Origin: Amoebidium appalachense
Taxonomy: Eukaryota; Protista; Ichthyosporea
Assembly (NCBI GenBank): GCA_963693365.1
Contig: CAVNZM010000005.1
Location: 10,377,728-10,441,727, forward strand
Direction of reading: 5' to 3'
Length of the DNA: 64,000 bases
A program made the translations under genes and the position numbers. Below the pieces are notes generated by a model. That model worked only from the letters and a program-made list of their open reading frames with translations. It had not been told where the DNA came from and did no database searches. Below are positions 53,840 to 64,000 of this stretch, one piece after another. The first letter of the stretch is position 1. Each line of letters starts with the position of its first letter.

Positions 53840-54031
53840 GTTTATGCAGGTTTTGGGTTTCGGTGGGGCTCTGGCATATTTTGTTCTGTGGGTGATGTCG
53901 TTTCAGTTTGGGGTGTGTGGGTGGCAAGACTGTGTTGAGTGAGTGCCTATTTCTAGAGAGAAAAAGTGATGCAATTCAATTGCGTGATATGATGACCCGT
54001 CACGGGCACGGTGTTTCGGAAGATTGTTCGT

Positions 54032-54121
<90 letters not shown>

Positions 54122-54189
54122 TGTGTGTATGTATGTTTGTTGTTTGTGTGTGTGTGTGTGCGTGTGTGTGCGTGTGTGCGTGTGCACGC

Positions 54190-54221
<32 letters not shown>

Positions 54222-54269
54222 GCGTGTGCGTGTGTGTGTGCGTGTGTGCGTGTGTGTGTGTGTGGATGT

Positions 54270-54307
<38 letters not shown>

Positions 54308-55792
54308 GTGTGCGTGCGTGTGCGTGTGTGCCTTGCATGGCATGTGTGTATGTGTTTGTACTTGGTTTTAATTCAGGTGAGCTCGATAGCTTGATGTGTG
54401 CATGGTGTATGGGCGTTTAATAATAATAAACCATTCAAGTTGTGGAAACGTCTCGAACGCAGTCTGAATTTCAGTATAAGCGAGGAAATTACGACAATGT
54501 ACTAGAGTATTTACCTGATTCTTTATGTAGCCCAAATAGAAACATGCCACATGCATGCAAGACATGCATTTGCAGAGCTGGAAATCCTATGCATGTTCGC
54601 GTGTGCACTTAGTCATGATGTACATATGTAGAATGGGGGATGGGTGTGGTACCTTATTGTGGGATACCCTGCTAGTGACTTATCTCCTATGTCCTATTCA
54701 ATAACTCACTTGCTACTTTCATGAAGCCCCGCAGTGTATGTAGGTTGCGTTTTTATTTCCCGATGCTTCGCGTTGGTAGGGATATCCGCGTCTGTGTCTG
54801 CCAAAGCAAGGCGGCAACTGGCCACGGTGCGCGGCCCGAAACACAAAAAGAGGACTCCGCGGACGGGCCGCGGGAAAACTGCGAAAAGCACATTCCTCAG
54901 GTTGCATAATCGTTGAGCCACGGAGCTAGCAACGCATGATATTTGGCAAGGTCATCCAATGGTGTGAGAGGATGTTTGTAAATTGCCCCGGCTCACACGT
55001 GCCTGTTGTGGGTTGTTTAGATTATAACAGGCAAAGGAATAATTTGGCTTGCATTCGGACAAGAATCGTTTCAAGAATAATAAAAAGTTTCTTTTTGTAG
55101 AGAGAAAGTTCTGTGTAATTAAATCGAGTTTTTTTGTCTCCGCCTAGTGTTGAAGTCAGCGTCTTCCGGGACGCGAAACTGAAAGACCAGGAATGGATTA
55201 TTACGTAACCTCGTTTTTAGATTTGATTGGTTTACTATCGGTTTTTATCTATTGACATTCTAGCCGCGTAAAAAGCAGCCACTTGACGATGGCCTTTTGG
55301 CAGCGAATTCCAGGCCTTCCGCAGAGGTCTTCCTGAGCCTCACCCTTTGTTTGCGGGCAAATGGGACTTGTACAAAGTACCATAATATCATACTCACACA
55401 TTATATTCCTTACTTGATTTTTTTTTTATTGTCTATCATTATACTTCAATATAAACAATCGTTTTAACAACCAGGCCTGGAAATCACAGTTGATTCTGAA
55501 AAAATACAGTAAAGATTTGGGGGGTACACTATAAAAAAGCAAGTAAATCTCTCGAGGCCAACTAGCGGGGGCGATCCGCCAGGTGTCAAAATACAGTAAT
55601 TCTAAAATGCTCGTGAAGTTTTTATTGTATTCTCAGTATGCCGTGCACACTTGCATATCTTTCCGTCGAATAAATCCAGTCAAAAGAAAAAATATTTTCC
55701 AGCCCTGTTAACAAGCATGCTTTCTAAAAATTTCCTATATACATCTGAGCGACGCGATTCGCGAGAGCCAACTAAGGGGTTACCATATCCGT

Positions 55793-55968
55793 TCTGATTG
55801 GTTCACAGGGAACCCAAACATTACCATATAAGGTGAACTCCAACATCGCGCCAATCAGATGGCAGTAGTTTCACGATCGACCAAAGGAACCCAGCCAACG
55901 GGCGGGGGGCAATCCTGTTGCCAGCACATTCTTTTTCTGAGCCTCCTAAACCCCCGGCCAGTATAAAA
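55793..55968 (+). promoter_or_regulatory. Probable core promoter of the glucokinase gene
   Basis: Inverted CCAAT pair TCTGATTGG (55793-55801) and CCAATCAGA (55851-55859), GC box GGGCGGGG (55900-55907) and TATAAAA (55962-55968), about 90 nt before the ATG. Confidence 0.55.
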
Positions 55969-56054
55969 GCCGCCGCCCGACCGATCCAAAAGTGAGTCGC
56001 ATTCCGGTTTGCTTTCGTTTTTGACTCACAACAGTGTGCATATCGCGTAGAATT

Positions 56055-57296
56055 ATGGGCAACCACCAGTCACACCACAAACACACTAAAGGTGATTCTA
56101 TAGCGGAACCCAAGCCTGTCGCCGCAACCGCAGCCACAGAACCTAAAGCACAGCCGCAAGCAGCCCCCGAACCCGCCGCCGCAGCAGCAGCACCAGTAGC
56201 GCCCACCACAATGGCACCTGCCGGAGCAGATTTTATCGTTGTTGGTGATTGTGGAGGAACAAACACACGTTTGGCTCTTTGGGAGATCCCTCACGATGCA
56301 GCCAAGCCTAATGTCGGGCAGAAGGCCCCCGGCACACTTAAGTTCGACAAGAAGTATCTGAACGAGCAACACGGCAACTTTGTGGGTGTAGCCAAGCTGT
56401 TCATTGAGGAGGCAGAAAAGGCTCTGGGGAACAAGTTCACCCCCAAGGCCGCATGTCTCGCTTGTGCTGGCCCCATCCTTAACAATACCGTCGACTTCAC
56501 CAACATCGAAACTGGTTGGGCAATCGACGGCTCCAAGCTCGAAAAGGAGCTTGGTATTGCCAAGGTGCTTCTGGTGAACGATTTCACGGCCATGGGCTAT
56601 GGTCTCCTGACTCTCCGTGAGGAAGAGTGCGCCGTCATCAACAAAGTTGCCCCCGTCGCGGGTGCCCCTATTGCCACAATCGGTGCTGGAACGGGTCTCG
56701 GTGAGTGTTTCCTTACCAAGGATCCAACCATGGATGACTACGTGTGCTTTGCGACAGAGGGTGGGCACTCCGATTTTGCCCCGAGAAACGACCTCGAGTA
56801 CGAGTTGCTCGGTTACTTGCGCAAAAAGTTTTCCCAAAAGCACCGCGTGTCTGTCGAGCGCATCATTTCCGGCCCTGGCATCTACAACATCTACGAGTTC
56901 CTCAAGTCAAAGAAGCCCGAGAGCGTTGACGCCGCAATCGACGCCCAGATCGAAGCGTCCGGATCCCTCAAGGGTGGGCAGGTTGCACAACATGCAAAGG
57001 ATGACGAGTTGTGCCGTGAGGCGTTGGAGATTTTCTTCCGTGCGTATGCGTCCGAGTGCGGTAACGCCATGCTCAAGTGGCTGCCATACGGTGGGTTCTA
57101 TATCACGGGCGGTATTGCTGCAAAGAACCTCGAGTATATCGTTGACAGTGTGGCGTTCATTGAGACCATGTTCGACAAGGGGCGCGTGTCCCCTGCTATC
57201 CGCAAGTGTCCCATCTACGTTGCTAAGACAGACGATGTCGGCGAGCGTGGTGCGCATCTCGTAGCCTTCAACCTGCTCCTTAAGTTGAGGAAGTAG
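56055..57296 (+). CDS. glk: Bacterial-type glucokinase (Glk family), single coding exon, 413 aa
   Basis: Motifs VGDCGGTNTRL, ACAGP, FTN..W, LVNDFTAMGYG, IGAGTGLGE, TEGGHSDF, VSVERIISGPG, GGFYITGGIA, FDKGR. Ala/Pro-rich N-terminal extension; no intron in the CDS. Confidence 0.93.
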   Translation: MGNHQSHHKHTKGDSIAEPKPVAATAATEPKAQPQAAPEPAAAAAAPVAPTTMAPAGADFIVVGDCGGTNTRLALWEIPHDAAKPNVGQKAPGTLKFDKKYLNEQHGNFVGVAKLFIEEAEKALGNKFTPKAACLACAGPILNNTVDFTNIETGWAIDGSKLEKELGIAKVLLVNDFTAMGYGLLTLREEECAVINKVAPVAGAPIATIGAGTGLGECFLTKDPTMDDYVCFATEGGHSDFAPRNDLEYELLGYLRKKFSQKHRVSVERIISGPGIYNIYEFLKSKKPESVDAAIDAQIEASGSLKGGQVAQHAKDDELCREALEIFFRAYASECGNAMLKWLPYGGFYITGGIAAKNLEYIVDSVAFIETMFDKGRVSPAIRKCPIYVAKTDDVGERGAHLVAFNLLLKLRK

Positions 57297-57778
57297 TGTT
57301 GTGTGTTTTCATCTATCATCTCTTATCCTTCTTTTCTTTTCTCTCTCTTCTTACTATCTATTTCTCACTGTAGTTAATGCGCATCTTTTCCGTGCTGTTT
57401 CCTTATAAGGGCATGTTTCGCCTTATTCGGTAGCAGGCGTCTTTTTCATAGTATGTCTACGTACTCTACCCTATAGTATTAGATTTTCATGTGTATGTAC
57501 AAAATGTGTCTTTTTCATGATGAGTATCCGTACATATTGAAGTCCCGTCCCAAAGGCAAATAGCAGCCATGATTCTGAACCTTAACACACCACCTGGTTG
57601 GGCCACATATATTTCAAAAGTAAGTTAGGAAATAGTTAACCTTTTAAACAGCTCCTGTAGGGGCCCTCGTCAGTGGCATGGGTCTCACTAAGTAAAGCTT
57701 TTGGTGACTTCACCACACCATCAAACCCCTGCCTTGTCTTCAGCCTACCATTCCCCCCTCTCTCGCCCCCGTCCCCCC

Positions 57779-57813
<35 letters not shown>

Positions 57814-58728
57814 ACACACACACATTCACACTCACGTCTGCTGCACCCCCCCCCCCCCTTCCTTCCCCCCCCCCCCCCTTCCTTCCTCCCCCCCCCCTTC
57901 CTTCCCCCCCCCCCCCCCCGGGGGGGGGGGTTTCCGCGGACCGGGGGAAGTAATGAAGTGGCACCGTCAAGACTTACATGCCTCTGCTTGTAAGTCAACC
58001 CCCCTCTCCGCGCCCCCCCCCCCCCCCCCCCCCCCCCCTTCTTCCCCCCCCCCCCCCCCCCCCCCCTCCCCCCCTCCCACACTGCCCCTTACTCCATTAG
58101 TCGTAAGTCTCCCCCCCCTATCACCACCCCCCTCCGCCCCTCCACCCCTTGCCCATCCCCCGCCCCCCCCCCCCCTCCCCCCCCATTCCCCCTCTCCCGG
58201 CTGTGTGCCTGTCTTGTGTAACATAGCATCACTTGATCACCGTCGTAAACTGTGAAACATCCCCCCCCTCCCCCCCTCCCCCCCCCCCCCCCCCCCCCCC
58301 CCGCTCCCTTCTCTCCACCCTTTCTTTGACAATTATTACTGTATTGCCGTTTTTCCAGCCCTTCCATCCCGTCCCTTCCACGCATACCCTCATCCCTATG
58401 CCAGCACTCGGCCCGTTTCTTTGGTGTTGTTTTTTTCTATTAAGTATTCATTATATTTCTCCAACTCCCTGTGTCCCCTCCCCCTCCCTCCCCCCCCCCT
58501 CCCCTCCCCCTCCCTTCCCTCCCCCCCTCCCCCCTCCCCCCCTCCCCCTCCCCTTCCCTCTCCCCCCTCCCCGTCCCCCCCCCCCCCCCCCTTCCCCCGG
58601 CCCTGCCCCAGTGCCCACCAACACCCCCCCTCCCCCCCCCACCCGCCTTCACCACCCATGCACACACTGCTCGTCAACTCCTCGTTGTGTCAGCTACTTT
58701 TGTTGGTTCGAAAGTCAAACCCCCCTCC

Positions 58729-58761
<33 letters not shown>

Positions 58762-59878
58762 GAGCTCCGCCCTCACTTAATCCACTCGGTGAACTCTCCA
58801 CGAGTACAGAGAGACCTAGTCTTTAGCACAATAGGGTATTTTTTTTCTCGATATTTCTGGTGTTATGGAGGGTTTTGCTCAATATTTCTTGCAAAAGGGG
58901 TTTTTTTGCACGACTCCTCCCCTCCCCCCTTCCCCCCCCCCACCTCCCTCCCTCCCCCCTCCCCCCTCCCCACACACATACAATATGTTTAGTACTATCA
59001 CCATACGAAAAAACCCTTCCCATTCCTCCTCAAAAGTGAGCCCACCCACCCCACGCCCATACAGGCACACCACACCAACCACATATAGATTAGGCTCCGA
59101 GAGATAGACCCCATCGAATTTCAGACCCTGCCAGCCACAAATCTCCAAGTGGTCCTACTGTTGCCGGCCCTATTTCCGACCACAGTTGATAATTTGGGTG
59201 CACATTTCAAGGGCGAAAAAAGTAATTTCAAGGTAAGTCTCTGAGACATAACCATCATGGTCTGTGTATTTTCCACCCTTTGGACGTTTATTCCCTTTCC
59301 CCCCCCCCCCCCCCCCCCCCCCCCTTCCCCCGCCGACACCTTCCCGTGCCCTTCTCCCCCCATGTGTGTTTTGCAATCTGAATTGTGTTGTCCATCATGA
59401 ATTACATCTTTGTACTTTATAAGAACTTCGAGCCCCCCCCCCCCCCCCCCTCCCCTCTCCCCCCCCCCCCCCACGCACACACACACACACAAAAGAAACA
59501 CAACAGCCCAGCCTGCCTACCGTCTATCCAGCTTTGTCTCCTATCCCTCCCTTTCTCCCTCCCCCCCCCCCCCCCCCTCCCCACCTCCCCCACCTCCCCC
59601 CCCCCCCCCCCCCTCCCCCCGCCGCCGCCGCCGCCTCTCTGCCTCTCCTCTCCTTCCCCTCTCCTCCCTTAACCCCATTCTATGTCCGGAAAAACAGCAT
59701 CCCTTTGTACCCTACAGTCCATTTTCCAATCTCAACTCCACTCGGTAACAACTAGATTTTCCCCTAGATCTCCCCTCCTGTTGTTGTGACTTCCCTCCCA
59801 CCCAGATCATTCGATAGCAACCCCCCTCCCTCCCCCCCTCCCCCCTCCCTCCCCCTCCACCTCCTATGTCCCCCCCCC

Positions 59879-59916
<38 letters not shown>

Positions 59917-60058
59917 TTTCCGGCCTCCTGACACACACGCACAACTTTTCTTTTCAACTCGATGGTGATTCCTTCTTTCTTTGCACACGTTCTGTGCATT
60001 CAGCTTCGTGTGCATACACCGTCCTCCCCTCCCCCCATCCCCCTCCCCCCTCCCCCCC

Positions 60059-60089
<31 letters not shown>

Positions 60090-60289
60090 ACACACATGCA
60101 CACACCACCAATACATCACCACCACCACCTACCTACCCATCTACCCACCCTGCTACCCATCCACTTTTTTCCCCACACACGGTGTTGTCCCCCCCTCCCC
60201 TCCCCCTTCCCCTCCCCCCCCCCTCGCCCCCCCCACACACATACCTACCACTGCCACCCACACTCGCCACAGCCACACCCACACACCAA

Positions 60290-60327
<38 letters not shown>

Positions 60328-60847
60328 ATCTCCCCCCCCCCCCTCATCCCCTCTCTCGGCCGGCCCCACTCCCCCCCCCCCCCCCCATCCCCATCCCACC
60401 CATCCCTACCCTGCCCCACCCCGTGATTCCTGGAGATTCTTCCAAACACTCACTCCTCCCCCTTGCTGCTGTCAAATCACACCTTAATGTCTCACCACAT
60501 GCTACCATGTTCCTTTCATCCTCCCCCCCCCCCCCCCCCCCCTCCCCCCCCCTTGCCCCAAGGCATCCCCCTCTCCTCCCTCCATTTTCCCACACACTTT
60601 CTGCGACCCCCTCCCCCCCCCCCATTTCCCCTGCTACTAATTCTTTCCTCTTTTACATCCAGTACAACCACTCCTCCCCCCTCAACCCCCCCCCCCCCCC
60701 CCCCCCCTAGAAAGAAAAGAAAAAGAAAAAAGAAAAAAAAAACTTTGAAGGCTCCATTATCGAATCCCCCTCTCCCCCCCCCCCCCTCCCCCCCCCCCCC
60801 CCAGACCCGGGGCCCCTGGCCGCCTCCCAAACACGAACACACAGAAA

Positions 60848-60916
<69 letters not shown>

Positions 60917-61261
60917 TGTATGCACCTATTTCTAAACCAGGCCCCTTGACACCTTTGCTCCATGCCTATTAACAAACCGTGGTAGCAAACCAAAAACCCA
61001 TCCATCCCATTTCCCGTTTCCCAACTTCCGGTGTATTCCTTTTTCATTTTCTTAAAGAAATGCACCTCACTTTTCATTAATCTGGACCACTGTACCTTCC
61101 TAAGTTGTGAACTAACAATTCTACGGGAAAACCGGGGGGCCAGGGGGGAAGGGGGGGGGGGGGGGGGGGGTTTGGTTTTATCCCTACACACACAACAGGA
61201 TGCCAATTGCGTGTCGTTTTTCCTGTGATCTTCCCGTTTGCCTCTCTCTCCCTCCCTCCCT

Positions 61262-61304
<43 letters not shown>

Positions 61305-61344
61305 CCCCCCCCCCCCCCCCCCCTCTTTCTCTCTCCCCCCTCCA

Positions 61345-63363
61345 CCCCTTCAATTCGCCGATCGATTCTTCCTTTCCAGGCGAATATTGGAGCTATTTTA
61401 ATGCTGCACACGTTCAACGTGCTATTTCTGCCCTAAAACCCAAGAAGGCTTGTGGTCCGGATGCCCTTCCACCCGCGCTTCTTAAGGCATTGTGCGCTCC
61501 GCCCGGTATTACCAAAGGCGGGAATACGCCGCCTCCACCCCCCTTTGCGTATTTGGTGAGCGAGTTTTTCTCTGCCTTCTATGAGTTGGGATTCATTCCT
61601 TCGTCGTGGAATGACACCATCATCAATCCAGTCCCGCAAGAAGGTCTCTACTGGTCCGATTTCTTCCTTCCGGCCAGTCACCTTAACTAACATATTTCGT
61701 CGCCTATTCCAGTCCTCCATATTGCGTGCCTTCCACAAGCGTGAGACCTTATCGAGTGTCTTCCGGTTGAGCAACGTTCAGGGCGGATTTCGGCGTGCTT
61801 ATTCGTGCTATACTCATGCTCTTCTATTACACAACACTATTTGTTCTGGATGTCACGAGGTATGCTTTAACGACCTGAAAAATGCCTATGACACGGTTCC
61901 AACGAATTTGCTGTGGCACAAGTTGGCCTCTCGAGGGCTACCTCTTCCCTTTGGTCGGCTTCAGGCGTTATTTGACCGCACCCATGGGGCTGCCGTTGTG
62001 AATGGGGTACTGAGTAACGGATTCAATCGTACTCGAGGCCTTTTACAAGGCTCTTTTTTGAGTCCCCTTCTCTTTGATGTCTTTATTGACGACTTAGCGG
62101 TAGAAATTCAACAATTTCCAGTTGCCGGCGACTCTTGTGTCTCCGGCCTTTTTTTCGCTGATGATATTGTCTTAGTCACTCACGATCCTTCTATCATGAA
62201 TAACATGCTTTCTCGAGTAGATGACTGGTGTTTCCGAAATTTCATGAAAATTGGGATAGATAAATGCGGCACCTTTTCTTCCAATGCACAGTACACTCTG
62301 AACAATCAACCTATCCTAATCGTGTCCTCCTATGACTAATTAGGTATTCCTTTCACCTCTAAGGGTATCTGGTTTGAGCGCCTTTTGACTTCGCGCATTT
62401 CTCGTGCGCGTGGTCGCTTACATATCTATTAAGGAATATTCGCAAATATCTCTAATATTCATCCTGCCAATTTGCTCACCTTTAATAAAGTTTTTCTTCG
62501 TCCATGTTTCGAATATGGCCTCCCGTTACTCTTGTGTGCCCCTCCACGGCAACAGCGTGCGGCTCTTCGGGAATTCAATTCCTTTCAGCGTGAATTCATC
62601 CAGTTTATTTCTCGAACCTCGCGTAGGCATCCTTTGGTGGCTCCCTTGCTGAGTGTTTTTGGTCTCCCTGCGGCGCGCCAGCGTATGAATGAATTAGGAC
62701 TTCTCTTTTGTTTTCATTTGGTTAGGCTTCCTTCTTATCATCCTTTGTTGCAATTCTTTCCTTCTTTAGCACCTGTTCCCGGCATTTCTAATGTTCGTGC
62801 GAAATGTCCTATCCCCAATCTCTCTCCCATTCCGAGATATCCTTTTAAATACTTATCTCCTTTATTTTTCCCTTCTACTAGTTATCAGCAGTATGTTACT
62901 TGGTTCCATACTCAATATCCTTTGGCATCGTGGTGATAAAGAGTATTATGGTAGGGCTCTTGAGCCTGTGCTTCTTTTTATATTAGAGACTCGTCTATTT
63001 TCTTTACAATCGTTGTGTAAATTAGCTATTTATATTTATCCTTCCTCTCGTAAACCTACCACACTTACCGATTTTGCAATTCTAACCAATCCTTGTGATA
63101 TAGCTTGGAAATGTTTATTTTGGCGCTGTAACCTTTGTTTCCATAAATGTTTGTGCCACTTTTGTGCAGAACCTTTTTCTCGTAAACACTTAGATAGATG
63201 TATTTATTAATCTCAGATTATTTTGTTAGAAATTAGAAGACTGGCTTATTTAGATAATCCTGATATTACGTCTATTGACTATCTGTTGAACCACGGTATG
63301 TTTAACGAGTTTTCTAGGGTGTATGATTATTTCAGTCGTTATCTCCTCCGTATCCGAGAGTGA
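61345..63363 (+). pseudogene. Degenerate LINE ORF2 (RT and C-terminal region), an older relative of the element at 28559-33106
   Basis: KACGPDALP, GPISSFRPVTLT, QGGFRR, DLKNAYDTV, RGLLQGSFLSPLLFDVFIDDL, FFADD, FEYGLPLL, WRCN and IDYLLN are colinear with the intact ORF2. Frameshifts near 61640 and 62950; stop at 62337-62339 (YD*LG where YKYLG is expected). Confidence 0.9.
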
Positions 63364-63843
63364 GGGCTTTTGTATTTTCTTTCCGAGATATTGGTGATAT
63401 CTCGATGGCTTCTATTTTGCTGAGCCGCTATCAATAAAGTCATTATATAAAAATTTTTTTTTTCCTTGTTCAGTTGGAGAAATGGCGAGAACTTGTGTCT
63501 CAAGGTCTGAGCTAACAAATGGCCCTGGAAAAAACACAGCCTGCCTCCCTTCCTCTCCCCCCCACCCCCCCCACCCCCCCCACCCCCGCACAGGCCCTCC
63601 CAAGTCCCCCGGATGTGAGCCCCTCCTGCCCTCTGAAGTGGTCGAAGAGGAAGGTTTATGTAGTTGCGATTGTTGCCTGGGAATAAGGGAACAGAAGTGG
63701 GGGGGGACGGGGGGGGGGGGGGGGAGGCCAGGGGGGGAGGGGGGGGGGGGGGGGGGGGAGAGTAGGGAAGAAAAGAGGAGGGAATAATCTACACACATAC
63801 ACATACGCATAAACACGTACACACGCGCGTGCACAAACACACA

Positions 63844-63874
<31 letters not shown>

Positions 63875-64000
63875 GCGCGCGCGCACGCGCGCATACCTTG
63901 TGGCAGCTTGTGATCCCCCCCACCCCCCCCCCCCCCCCCCCCCCCTTCCTTCCCCGGCGCATGCACACGTACATGCACACATAAACCCATGTATTCCCCC

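Noticed and set aside
56070-57264. Long antisense and alternative-frame ORFs over glucokinase
   Set aside because: They are shadow ORFs expected from GC-rich third positions in a real gene.

Overview
This is eukaryotic, intron-rich DNA saturated with (CA/GT)n microsatellites and long poly-C/poly-G runs. Gene content suggests a unicellular opisthokont, possibly ichthyosporean-like (inference only). Most ORFs in the six-frame track are microsatellite noise. Four host genes could be assembled by hand from GT-AG exons: a minus-strand DH-PH RhoGEF with a Pro-rich tail (~1996-19465), a 3-exon alpha-arrestin (23155-26581), an 18-exon Dbf2/Sid2-type NDR kinase (38820-51705) and an intronless bacterial-type glucokinase (56055-57296). 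Mobile DNA comprises an apparently full-length APE-RT LINE, a near-identical 5'-truncated inverted copy with a 10-bp TSD, an older degenerate LINE and four MITEs. The most unusual signal is a dispersed, 5'-truncated non-coding repeat family of roughly 20 recognisable copies. Its copies end in poly-C rather than poly-A, all lie in the sense orientation of the host gene, and the longer ones share a pseudoknotted RNA fold with compensatory base changes. The young LINE also ends in ...GTAAACCCC without a terminal poly-A. Together these suggest a C-run-primed or C-tailed retrotransposition system, which is a hypothesis. All alignments and counts were made by eye, and homopolymer lengths may be unreliable.
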